In this document: positions 10,508-21,276 of the stretch, one piece after another
How the letters are laid out: each line of letters starts with the position of its first letter
Numbering within the stretch: position 1 is the first letter of the stretch
The notes under the pieces: generated by a model
Seen by the model: only the letters and a program-made list of their open reading frames with translations
Database searches by the model: none
Told to the model about the DNA's origin: nothing
Source of the DNA: Trypanosoma brucei
Lineage: Eukaryota
Length of the DNA: 64,000 nt
NCBI GenBank assembly: GCA_000002445.1
Contig: CP000070.1
Coordinates: 1,024,001 to 1,088,000 of the forward strand
Reading direction: 5' to 3'
Translations under genes and position numbers: made by a program

Positions 10508-13462
10508 GTGTTTGTGTTTTGTATTCACACAAATATGGTAAGTAAGTACCACCGCTTGCTTCAGCAGGGGCTACGTGAGGAAGAAGGAGTCACTGAACGA
10601 CATATGGTGGCAGGCGGTGAACAGCGGCACGGGCACGTGGATGACGACAATGCGGAAGGGGATGCTGATTTTTATGACCAGAAAGATGAGCGGCGAGCGA
10701 AAATGTCGAATCCTAAACATGAGTCTGCGAATGTTTCCGCGGGCGGGAAGCAAAATAGGTCGGTGAGGGATTGCCTCCCCGGTTCCCTTCCTCCCGTAGC
10801 CAATACGAGCACTGACGCGGCGGTCAGGTTTGATAGGGAACGAAAAAATGCGGGTCACGGGATTGATATTTCGTGTGTCGAAGGCGACGGTGCGCAAATG
10901 GGTACGTACGTCTCCACCGGCCGTAGTGACGCAAAAGCAGGGGGAGGAAGTAGCGCTATAGGCGTCACTGCCGATGATGAGAGTGATGGGAATTTGGACA
11001 CGGACGGTAGCGACGCTTCTGAGGGCGATGAGGTTGAGTCGACAACCGACGCTGATGTGTATGGGGAGGACGATACCACTGAAGGGCCTCGTGGTGGTGT
11101 GCGGTTGTATTCTTGCGATGCCTGTCCGCATGCTGTGTTCACAACTCATGCAGCGTTGCTTGCCCACGCTGAGGAGCACCATGCGGATCTATTACCAGAT
11201 CATGCCCGTTTGCGTCGTATCGCACAAAAACTTAATCCAGTGTGGAACCGCGCTCTAAATGCCCGTCGTAACACCATTACATCGTGGGGGAAGAAAATAT
11301 TCCACGTGGCCGCGCAACGTGATGCGGGGGAGTCGAAGATGCAGGAGGCTCATCGTGCCCGGGCACAACTGGAATGTGTTGTGCGCCGCTGGCATGATAA
11401 AGCACGTGTCTTTATATTTGGAAGCTCTGTGGCGATGGGCGTGTGGGACGGCACAGCGGATATTGATTTTGCCGTCGTTGATGTTGATGCAATGGAGCGT
11501 GGAAGTTGGCCACCGTTGGAGAAGAACGCTGTGCGTTCCATCACAGAGCTACTACGCCGGGTGGGGTTTTCATTTGTAAATTTGGAGCCAATTAGCCACG
11601 CTAGAGTGCCAATTATTAAACATCATGCTTCGTCACCAATCCTTACCGTCGCAAGAAGAGACGCAGAAGACGTTGTAGCTCGAAGCATTCGCTTTATTTT
11701 GAATGGCCCTGCCACGCGCGAGGATCGGTTGCTACTGGAAGGAAGCGTACGCGACGCTGTGGGCCCCACTGGGGTGCAACAGGTGTGGTGGAACCGCACC
11801 TCCGACATGATGTCAGCCACACTCGAAAGTACTACCGCTGCCGTTAGGGCAGCAATGTGCAGCCCGGCACTTGCCTCGGCATCACTGCGCACAAAGGTAC
11901 AGCCGGCGCATGATGAATGCAGGCCAGAGTTGTATAATATTGACTTCGATCTCAGCTTCCGCGCATTTGGCATACGCAATTCAACTCTTCTACGGAAATA
12001 CTTACTTAGTCACCCGTGCGCTCGACCAGGAGCCATTGTACTTAAAGATTGGAGCAAGACAAGTGGTGTGAATAACTCCGTTAACGGTTACTTTACTAGT
12101 TATGCAATCAACATAATGTGGATATATTACCTTGTTCAGAAGGGTTATGTGCCGTACGTGGATCCTCTTGAAATTCCTGAATCACTCGTAAATTATACCG
12201 ATTTTGACCCCAGGTACACCCCGATGATAGACCCAGAGATTACGAACACAGAGCGGGAGGAGCTGTACAAAGCAGCCGGCGACATGCTTGTGGGGTTCTT
12301 CTATTTTTACTCATTTGAATTCGACTGGGGGCATAACGTAATTTCCCTTAACCGGCCGGGAATAACAACGAAGAGGATGCTAGGGTGGCACGTTGAGGAC
12401 GTTGTACCGGTTGCTTCCACCTCAGTGAGCAGTGGTGGTGGAGGTAGCAATGTGAAGCGACACCCTACAAGGTACGAGCTTTGTATCGAGGATCCCTATG
12501 AAGAAAACTTAAATTTGGGCCGACACATCGGAGTAACGAAGTCGTTGCGTGTGCGGACGGAACTCTACCGCGGTCTCTTATCCTTATTGAAAGAGGGGGA
12601 GACAAGGTCGTGCGTCTTCGCCGCAGCGGATTCATCAGGCACGCCGGCGGCTGGGGGTAAGCAGTCGGCCGCTCTACCAGCTCGAGCACTGTTCAAACTG
12701 ATGGCCTTAACAACTCAGGCTATATCAGAATCAAGGCGTCTCCCACAAAGTAATAGTGACAATAGCGGTCGCATTGGTAACGGTGATAATGAATCCCTTA
12801 CGGAGGTCGGCGGTGGCCACAGGGTTGAAGGCGCTGGTGTCGATCCAGCTTCCTGCGCAGGGGCGTCGCTTTCCTCCTTCGGTGAGCCACCGATTGGAGT
12901 TCATGAGAAAACGCTTGAAAGCATATTTGTTGAGAAGGCCCCTATGGAGTTTCAGTTGGTACGAAAGGTATGGAACTGGCACCAACTGATCCATCGGCTC
13001 GGGTACAAAATACACCGAGGTCACGTGATGCCACGGCGTGAAGTTGGGGTACGTTGCACCGCCCGGCGCGATGCGGAAGAAACAACAACAGAACTGGCTT
13101 CGGACGTTGACACAACTAAGAGCCTGAGACCTGGGCGAGGTCTTACAGACACCATGCTGCGAGACCTGAGCCGCGGCTACATGACGCTCACACCGGAATG
13201 GGTTGCTTGGTCAGCGCCATGGGTAAGCCAACACTTGCGCGGATACAGCCGCTTAACGACAGTGCGTTCCGCAGTGGCCGATGAAACCCCACCCGCCCTG
13301 GCGACGGTTCCGTCTGTCGTGAAACCACCGACTGGAGAGGCGGTTATGGGTGCGATGAGGACCACCCGCCGAAATGCTGCACCTGCTCGTAGGGTGGAGC
13401 TGCTGAAGTTATGGCTCTGGCGCGGCATCAGCAAGGTTACTCCATTCAAGAGCCCTCGTTGA
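10508..13462 (+). CDS. RET1: terminal uridylyltransferase / non-canonical poly(A)-polymerase-fold nucleotidyltransferase, RET1-like (C2H2 zinc finger + Pol-beta NTase + PAP-associated domain)
   Basis: C2H2 finger YSCDACPHAVFTTHAALLAHAEEHH (nt ~11107-11183). NTase signature FIFGSSVAMGVWDGTADIDFAVVDVD followed by ARVPIIKH (nt ~11410-11600). A long insertion precedes the third Asp region YNIDFDLSF, the middle-domain arrangement typical of trypanosome TUTases. PAP-associated-like segment KDWSKTSGVNNSVNGYFTSYAINIMWIYYLVQKGYVPYVDP. An Arg/His-rich N-terminus is compatible with a mitochondrial presequence. The likely true start is the Met at 10535 (MVSKYHRL). The size (~975-984 aa) matches RET1 as I recall it. 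Confidence 0.75.
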   Translation: MFVFCIHTNMVSKYHRLLQQGLREEEGVTERHMVAGGEQRHGHVDDDNAEGDADFYDQKDERRAKMSNPKHESANVSAGGKQNRSVRDCLPGSLPPVANTSTDAAVRFDRERKNAGHGIDISCVEGDGAQMGTYVSTGRSDAKAGGGSSAIGVTADDESDGNLDTDGSDASEGDEVESTTDADVYGEDDTTEGPRGGVRLYSCDACPHAVFTTHAALLAHAEEHHADLLPDHARLRRIAQKLNPVWNRALNARRNTITSWGKKIFHVAAQRDAGESKMQEAHRARAQLECVVRRWHDKARVFIFGSSVAMGVWDGTADIDFAVVDVDAMERGSWPPLEKNAVRSITELLRRVGFSFVNLEPISHARVPIIKHHASSPILTVARRDAEDVVARSIRFILNGPATREDRLLLEGSVRDAVGPTGVQQVWWNRTSDMMSATLESTTAAVRAAMCSPALASASLRTKVQPAHDECRPELYNIDFDLSFRAFGIRNSTLLRKYLLSHPCARPGAIVLKDWSKTSGVNNSVNGYFTSYAINIMWIYYLVQKGYVPYVDPLEIPESLVNYTDFDPRYTPMIDPEITNTEREELYKAAGDMLVGFFYFYSFEFDWGHNVISLNRPGITTKRMLGWHVEDVVPVASTSVSSGGGGSNVKRHPTRYELCIEDPYEENLNLGRHIGVTKSLRVRTELYRGLLSLLKEGETRSCVFAAADSSGTPAAGGKQSAALPARALFKLMALTTQAISESRRLPQSNSDNSGRIGNGDNESLTEVGGGHRVEGAGVDPASCAGASLSSFGEPPIGVHEKTLESIFVEKAPMEFQLVRKVWNWHQLIHRLGYKIHRGHVMPRREVGVRCTARRDAEETTTELASDVDTTKSLRPGRGLTDTMLRDLSRGYMTLTPEWVAWSAPWVSQHLRGYSRLTTVRSAVADETPPALATVPSVVKPPTGEAVMGAMRTTRRNAAPARRVELLKLWLWRGISKVTPFKSPR

Positions 13463-13882
13463 TGCTTTCCGTTACCCAGAGCTCCAGACGTGTTTATTTT
13501 ATTACTTAAACGCCATTTCTGCGCATACGGTTGTATGATCATTGACTTGGTTCCACTCATTGTTTGGCTTTGGTTTGTCTTACACCTACCATGTCTTTCT
13601 TTTGACACCGGTATGCCCTTTTGTGTTTTCTTCACGATAAAGTTGTCATATCTCTTTTTTTCACCCTTGTCTCATTACTGGTGATGCGACCACCTCGGTT
13701 GCCGCCTTTCGTCATCACGTATTTGTGTACCTTTGCTCAGGCTTGTAAGTTGTGTGTTAGAAGCTCTGAGAAGGCACTGAGCGTTGAGCGTGTCAGGATA
13801 AGGCTTGGGGGAGGTGAACCGTACGTTCCGCATCTGTTGCTTTACCCAAGTGACTTTATGTAGGTAGGTAGGATAGGAGGAA

Positions 13883-14386
13883 ATGCCGTCACCCTTTCAA
13901 CAAACTTTGTTGGCCCGCGCCTACCACTACGTGCATCCGAAGACTGGTCGACCCATTAGACAGTTTCGTCGCTATGGCGATCCGCGTTATATCAATAACG
14001 AAGCGGCACTGATTCGCGGGCAATGGGGCCTCATAACTGCGGATTTCGGTATGGTCACGCAGTCGCAGATGGAGAATGCACGTCTTGCAATCCTCCGTCG
14101 TCTACCCCGCGGGAGCTTCACACTCACAATGCACACCGATTACGAGGAGTTTCCGGTTGTGAAAAAGAGCCCAGAAAGTCGTATGGGTGCTGGTAAGGCG
14201 AACATTCATCATTTCGCGTTCAAGTTCACGACAGGGGTGCCGCTATTTGAGATCATGCCGATATCCGCCCGCCGTCTCAATCAGGCGGAAGCGGAGGGCA
14301 TATTTTTGGCAGGGAGACCGTTCATACCGCTTCAGACGGTTGTGGTGCCACAAGGTCGCGTTGATGAGTATCATGTCTTCAAGTAA
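13883..14386 (+). CDS. mitochondrial ribosomal protein uL16 (bacterial L16 / L10e family)
   Basis: 167 aa. SRMGAGKAN (nt ~14177-14203) matches the uL16 RMGKGKG loop. FEIMPISARRLNQAEAEGIFLAGRPFIPLQTVVV parallels the bacterial L16 C-terminus (YEMDGV...AREAF..AA.KLP). The basic N-terminus is consistent with an organellar protein. Confidence 0.75.
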   Translation: MPSPFQQTLLARAYHYVHPKTGRPIRQFRRYGDPRYINNEAALIRGQWGLITADFGMVTQSQMENARLAILRRLPRGSFTLTMHTDYEEFPVVKKSPESRMGAGKANIHHFAFKFTTGVPLFEIMPISARRLNQAEAEGIFLAGRPFIPLQTVVVPQGRVDEYHVFK

Positions 14387-14810
14387 GTGACAATGGAAGG
14401 TGGAGCCTGCCGGAGTGGATGAGTGCAGGGGCATTAACTTTGTATTTTGCCTCATCCGGTTGAGGAACGAAAATAAATAAAGGAAGGGTTACTCACCTCA
14501 TCTGGCGTAAATGAATTGTGTACAGTTGTTTCTTACAGTTTGAGTCTGCGGGAGATGGTTATGGTTATCGCTGCTGCCATCACCACGCTATTTCCCCCCT
14601 CCCCCCACACACACCCAGCGTACCGCCGTTGTTCTTCACTTACTTTTATCAAGTGTTGTAAGTGCTGCCTTTTATCTGTCGTGAGGTTGGCTGTGGGAAA
14701 CGCAGTTCCACTCGTTGATTATCCAGTCATTCATATAGCACCCGTCGATACTCCGCGTTCATTTGTTTAGACTTTTTGAGCGTAGTGGTTGCTACTTTTT
14801 GACTGGTCTG

Positions 14811-14925
14811 CTTTTTCAAGGCGCTCATTCCTCTTCCTGTATTGTCATCCTTCCTAATGAAATTCCCTATACTTTTATTGTTATTGTGCCTCTCCTACGC
14901 CTCCTCTTTTTCTGTGCGCCACGCC
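14811..14925 (+). promoter_or_regulatory. polypyrimidine tract likely serving polyadenylation of the uL16m mRNA and SL addition for the 15338 gene
   Basis: ~115 nt with more than 80 percent pyrimidine (ctttttcaaggcgctcattcctcttcctgtattgtcatccttcc...cctcctctttttctgtgcgcc). The downstream leader (15060-15330) is conspicuously purine-rich. Confidence 0.4.
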
Positions 14926-15337
14926 ACGGGGTAGAGTCGGCTCGGGATTAAGTTGCTTTGCTCTCCACAGAAAGTTGATTTAGAGTGCAACCTTGAGCTA
15001 GACGGCGGTGTGCAAATCGGGCGAAAGCGAATCCTCGCTAGAAGCTATTTGCACAGACCTCAAGGAACCGAGAAAAAAAACGAATAAGAGGAGAAAACAC
15101 ATTTAACGAATAAAAAGGATCGAGATAATCGAAGGAAATAGAGAAAAGTAACCCTTAGCTTCGTTATTCCCGGAGGAGCCAGAAAGGAAGCCAGTGAAGA
15201 CACTAAGTGGGGAGGAAGCAGCGCAGGGGCGAAGGAAAGGGAAAAGGAGCAAAAAGACGGGGGGGCAGGGAAACACAGCAACAAGGAAAAGACACGGAAG
15301 GCGGAGAGAAGGAAAAGCTGAAAAATAAGAAATTACG

Positions 15338-16300
15338 ATGACGTTGTCGTCCGGGAGCCTCCCCAATTTCTTTCCGAGCCTCGATGGCAGCAACATAAAC
15401 AACTTCCCGGATGAAGCCCCCACACCAATGCTCTCTATGCGCTATGACGACGGTTTCATGAATCTCGAGAACGGATCGCGACATCCTTCTTCGAACTGCA
15501 ATACCCCGAGCGTCCGTTTTCACAATGGCCTCGCCTGGGTGGAGAACTGGCAGCTGTCATCCTCTAACTTGGTACCGCAAACACCTCCGTCAGCGGCCAT
15601 TGGGCCCTCACGTTCCCCATCTTCATTCTCATTGATGAAATACAGCCATGATCCCTACGGTGTGCGTGGTAACAGTCAACCACAAATGCAGCAACGGGCG
15701 GCAGGTTGCATGATGGTGGGCCGTGGGCCTTCTCCGAACGGTTGCTCAAGTCCCGTGATGCGTCTCAGTTGTGTGGAGGATGGGTCATCGCGATTCGCAC
15801 CTGGTCATTCAGCAGTGGTGCCTTCGGCTATTGAACGTCCGCTCTCTCAAACAGGGCAGCGGGAATTCCCTGACGGGCGGCCACGCCGGAAGGGGCGCGC
15901 ACGTGATCGAACTCGTGGCGGGCGTTCTCTAGCTGACGTCCCACCTCCCACGAGTATGCGTTACTTCCCACCGCCACCACCGTGTTTAGAGAGCATGATT
16001 TCTTGTGGCATTTCGCAAGCAACCCTCGTAAAAATCGCGACGAGGTGGTATGAGCGTACCATCGCTTGCGAGCAGTCATATGTTGGCCGCCTGCATGGTG
16101 GTTGCGCTGTTCTCCACGGTGCGGCAGCGTTCCGACGGCAACCCATTCTCGGTAGTTTACAGCCGGTGTTGTGCCCCCGCATGGAACTCACGCTGCAGTT
16201 TACCTTTGATCAGTGGCTAAAAGCAGCGAGCCGATGGTGGGAGACTGTAATCCGCCCAATGACAATGGAATACCGACTGCCACCGCCCTATGTTTTTTAA
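15338..16300 (+). CDS. hypothetical Ser/Pro-rich protein (320 aa)
   Basis: ORF on the coding strand, preceded by a polypyrimidine tract at 14811-14925 and a purine-rich leader. No domain recognised. Moderately low-complexity N-terminal half. Confidence 0.45.
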   Translation: MTLSSGSLPNFFPSLDGSNINNFPDEAPTPMLSMRYDDGFMNLENGSRHPSSNCNTPSVRFHNGLAWVENWQLSSSNLVPQTPPSAAIGPSRSPSSFSLMKYSHDPYGVRGNSQPQMQQRAAGCMMVGRGPSPNGCSSPVMRLSCVEDGSSRFAPGHSAVVPSAIERPLSQTGQREFPDGRPRRKGRARDRTRGGRSLADVPPPTSMRYFPPPPPCLESMISCGISQATLVKIATRWYERTIACEQSYVGRLHGGCAVLHGAAAFRRQPILGSLQPVLCPRMELTLQFTFDQWLKAASRWWETVIRPMTMEYRLPPPYVF

Positions 16301-17978
16301 CCTTTAGAGACACAGAGGGGAAAAGGGAAAAGATTCATTTACATATTTGTTTATTCGTGGGCGTACGAACATTTTCTTTCCGTCTCAGTTGTCAGCAGGT
16401 TTGGTCCACTTTCATTTTTCCTCCGTTCATTCCTGCTTACATCCGCATGGATTAAAACATTCGTAATTTTTTTTATTTGGTTTGTTTCTTCCACAGTCGT
16501 TGTTGTTTCCCCTATACTTACGGCTATCGTGTTTCGCACAGGTAGCTGCAGGCTGTTTGCTACGGGCACCGACATTAGTTTTTTGTTTTCTTTTTCGTTT
16601 GGACGACTTTTTTTTTTTTCCACCTCCCCCTCATTAAGAGTGAGAAATGTTTAACTGTATTGGGAGGTGAACAAATGGGTGTGAATTTAGTGGGGGAATG
16701 AGCGGTAATTTAGGAGAGAGAAGAAAAAAAAAAGGGAGAGAAGGTAAGGTAAAGTAAAGGAAAAGGGAAAAAGAAAAAAAACATTATCGTCAAATGGAGG
16801 TCGTGCACGTATTGGAACGTATACAAATACATTTACTTTTATGATTCATTTGTGTTTAGCACCTCATCTGAGTTACCCGACTACCCTCTTTTTCTCTTTA
16901 GCCACCTTTATTGAAAAAAAAAGGAAAAAAAAAGAAGAAACCCCCAGCGACAAATGTGGTGAAGAAAAGAGGTAAAACGAAAACAAAGCAAAATAACCTC
17001 AAAATAATAGTTATTTAATTATGAAACAGGGGCATAATGTTATACGAAAGGAGGAAAAGAGGTGATGGCGGGGGAACAGGACACACAAGCATACGCACGC
17101 ACACAAGCACACACACGAAAAATGAGAGAGAGAGAGAGAGAAAAAAAAATAAAAGTGAAAGAAATTAATTAAAATAGCCAAATAGAGATGAGGGAAACAA
17201 AGGGAAAGAGAAAAAAATAAAAAAAAAAGAACGAGGAAAGACAAAAATGATAGGAAACTAGCTGAAGTTAGAAACCAACAAGAAGTGAAGGAAACAAACA
17301 TGAATATATATATATATATATTGCAAGTCCAAAAGGGTTTTTTTAAAAAAAGGTTTGTGGGTTGGTGAAGCACCAAGGAAGAGGGGGAAAATGAGACTAG
17401 TTGAGCTGCTAGAAAAGAAAAAAAAATAAAGAAAGCGATTCTTTTCCCCCAAGTTAAATGTACACATACACATACACGCGCATGTAAATTATTACTATTA
17501 TTATTATTATTTTAGTGTGTATAACTTCCACAGTGAAGAAACAAAATTTCCCTGCCGTCATTGCCTGTACCAACTGTTTTTTTTTTTAAAAGAAGAGAAA
17601 TAAATGGGCAAATGAATGAGTAAATGTTTGTTTCGCTAAAGATTGAGAATAGGACGAATGAAAGGAATTTTGTGAAGTGTGTGCGGCTGCGCGCATCCTC
17701 TTCTTTTCTTACTTTAAAAAAAAAACAACACTTTTTTAACTCCTATTTCCCGTCTTCTTTTCCGTTTTTCCGTTTGTTCTCTGTGCTGATGTGCGTGAGG
17801 GGTTATTTTTGTTTTATTTTGTTGCGCATTTTTTGTTTCCTTATTGCTACATGCGCTTGACCCTTTCCTCCCTGTACCCCTTTTTACCAAAAGAAAAAAA
17901 AGAAAAAAAGAAGAAAAATAACAAGTAATGAGAAGGAATGAAAGTGACATGAATAAAATATTGGTTAAATATTTATTT

Positions 17979-18014
17979 GTGTGCGTGCGTGCGTGCGTGT
18001 GTGTGTGTGTGTGT
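17979..18014. repeat. (TGCG)5(TG)9 compound microsatellite
   Basis: Seen directly: gtgtgcgtgcgtgcgtgcgtgtgtgtgtgtgtgtgtgt. Confidence 0.9.
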
Positions 18015-21000
18015 TTTGACCTAATGAAACTGAAGCGGAGTCGAAAGAAAGAAAAAACAAAAAGAGGAGAAACATGTATTTATTGATATGTTACTAATTG
18101 AAGTTGAAAAGTTTCCCCACTGCTTAAGAAGAAGAAGAAACCTACATTTGTACACTTGTACAATCTCTTTTCCTTGTTTTGTTCTGTTTTATTTTACTTT
18201 AAATTTTTTTTGTTTTCTTGCGGCAATGGATTGGATGTGCGCGCGCATTCGGGAGTCTCCCCCTTCTTTTGTTTATTTATTTTTTTTTTTAGATAAGAAA
18301 AAAGAAATCAAGTCACTGAAACCAGACCAACAAATGAACATTGCCATCATTTTTGTTTTGATGCGAACTGGAAGCAATGAATGGGAATTCAATAAACAAG
18401 ACAAAACACACGTGAGTGTTGTGTGTGCAATAAAAAAAATAATAATAATAAAAGGAGGGGAAAGAAGGGGGAGAGGGAACAGGAGAGGAATTCGGGAGAT
18501 GGGGGGAATTCCCCTTTCTTTTATTTTATTTCCATAAGGAACAGAGTTAAACGGAAATAAAAATAAAAAAAATAAAAAAAATAAAATAGTAATAATAATA
18601 TATGTATCCCTCCAATTCCCTCTCTAACTCTCCTCTGAATGACTCCGTGAATGCGCGCGTTATTTTCCTTATTTCTCCGTGCCATTTATAAATTGCTGCT
18701 TTCTGATTCCCTCCTTTCCCCACTTCTAAAAAAAAGAACAAGAAAACAAAAAGAAGGAAAAAAAAAAGAAGAAACTCCACCGGTGTTTTTGAAAACTAAA
18801 GAAATTCAGCGAACCCATTTTGATTTGTTTAGTGGTGTTCGTTTTCTTTTTTTTTTCAATTATTATTTGCGCAGTTTTTCGTTGTTTCATTCCATTAATA
18901 TTCCCCCCCCTCTTTTCTCCCAGTGGAGGTGGGTGGCATTAGGACATGTTAGTGGTGATAATATTGCCGCTGTTTTTTTTTTCTCTTTTTCTTTTTAGCT
19001 GGCTGCACTTTACTTAATTATGTTATGAGTTTCTTTTTTTCTTCTTTTTTTCTTTTTTTTTTTGTATGTGTGTGGACGTGCGGTGATGAGTGTGACGACG
19101 ATGACGGTATGAGAGGACGGTACGGGAAGCACTTTAGTTCTTTTTTCTTTTTACATTAATAATAGTAATAATATAAATAGTAATTAAATGTAATAATAAT
19201 ATTAGTACAATATCAACGGGATGGGGAATCAAAATAATTAAAATGAAATTACTTGCGGCAGCGGCACCACCGCCGTCAGAACCGGAGGCGCGGCAATAAA
19301 AATAAAATTAAAGTGAAAAAAAGAGGAGGAGGAGGAAATGTGCACGGATGTTCCTTTCGTTGTTGTTGTTGTTTTTTTTTTTTTGCTAATTTCCTTATTT
19401 TAATCGCTTATATTATTATTATTATTATTATATTATATTATATTATTACAGCTTTTATTATTATTATTATTGTTATTATCTTTTTATCTTTTTGCTTTTG
19501 GGACCCGCACATCCCCTCTTTTTTTTCTTTATTTTTATTTTTCTTTGCTATATTTTATTGTTGTTTTAGCGTTAGTGAAAGTGGCTGCGGTGTGGAAGAC
19601 CTTTCTTCTTTTTTTTTGAAAATGAAAAAAACGAATTGCACCTGCAAATTCACGAAAGGAAACGAGAGAGTTAAAAAAAAAAAAGAAAGGAGAGAGAGAG
19701 AAAAAAAAAAAATTATTTTTAATAATTTTTTTTTTAAAAAATCACAATAATAGAAGGCAGAGACTCCGAGGCGTTGAACCATTGATGAGTTCAAGTACGA
19801 AAAGTGTCAACGATGTGTAGGATATTTGAGATGCCATAATAACACCACCAACAACAACATTTGTCTTTTTTTTTTTTTAAAACTTCATTCACGTTTGTTT
19901 CTTCATTTTTTTTTTCACTGATTACTCCGTGTGAGTAATTAGCGGGAATAAAAGAAGAGGATAAACAAAAAAAAAGCATAAAGAAGGAAATGTGAGAAAT
20001 GGATGGCTTCATGCACACACACACATATATATATATATATGTTGGAGCACTAGCTAGCCGTTACATTTCATTTTTGTTTGGTTGGCTTTGTTTTATTCCG
20101 TTTTTCTTGTTCAAACGTCCTCTTTTTTTTTTAATTATTTTATTTTATTGCTTTTGTTTGGTTTTGTCTAAAAGTTTCTTTTTTTTTTTTTTGCTTCCGC
20201 TACGGTGTGGAGTTCCACTTGTGACATGAGAGAACAAAAAGACATTTACACATATATTTCTTCAAGACCCCACATAACAGGACTTGATGAAAAAGGAACG
20301 AAACTCAACGCAACAGGAACTAGTGATTAAGCGAATACACGCAAAAAATTATATTAAATATATCTATATATTTATATATCTATATTAGATATATAATAAA
20401 TATATAAAAGATAATATATATATATATATATATATATAAATGTAATGTAATACACAAATATATGCACACGGATGTGATACAGAAACTGACGGTGTCAAGT
20501 GATGGCGGAGACAAGCGAATATGAAAAAAAAATAAACGAGAAAACCGAAACGGCTCGAGAGAAGGTGAAGAAGAAGAAGAGAGAGCAAGAGGGATAATTT
20601 AAGGAAAATAAAATAAAGAAAAAAAAGGGGGGGAAAAATCACGAAACGTGCGGAAGGAGGAAAAAAAAAACGGAACAAAAAGTGAATGAAAAATATTTAG
20701 GGATGTATTCTTTCTTTCTTCCTTTTTTTCTTTTTAGAAATCTTTTGCTTTACCGGGGCCAAAGGTCAGTAAGTAGGCGTCTTCTTTTTTTTTTTTTGTT
20801 TTTTTTTAAAAAAGGGAAAGAGAGAGAGTAATCTTTACTTCGGTGGCTGACGATTCTGTTGTTTTGTTTTTCCCTCTACTGTTGGTTTCGATCGACACCC
20901 CATTTTTTATTTCAGTCGCTCTCACCTTTTTCTTTGTTGTTTTTTTTTTCGTTTTGTTCTATTCATTTCGTCAACTTTACTTTCTTGAACAGACAAAAAT

Positions 21001-21223
21001 CTTTATGTGTCTGTGGAGGAACTGATGTTGTGCCTAGTCAGTTAATTTTTTTTGTTGTCGTTGCAATTCGCACTATTGTGTCCTTATGTTTTTTTCCTCA
21101 TTTTCCCTTTTTTGTAAAACAAAAAGAAGAAAAATTGTGTTTTACAATTTGATTGATTTAATTACTTGTTTTATTCCACCTTCCACTTGTTTCTTTTCTT
21201 TTTCTTTTTGCCCACCTTTTGAG

Positions 21224-21276
21224 ATATAAATATAAATATAAATATAAATATAAATATAAATATATATATATATATT
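21224..21276. repeat. (ATAAAT)6 hexanucleotide repeat running into (TA)7
   Basis: Seen directly: gagatataaatataaatataaatataaatataaatatatatatatatatt. Confidence 0.9.

Noticed and set aside
10571-11182. 203-aa ORF on the minus strand
   Set aside because: Lies entirely antisense within the RET1-like CDS and translates to a low-information peptide. This is a typical shadow ORF of a GC-rich coding region. The same applies to other antisense ORFs (e.g. 27307-27924, 54961-55581, 56136-56663, 5345-5842).
18088-19750. ORFs of 149 and 165 aa inside the AT-rich tract
   Set aside because: Translations are homopolymeric or low-complexity (poly-F, poly-I, poly-K) and arise from A/T runs. Not credible genes.
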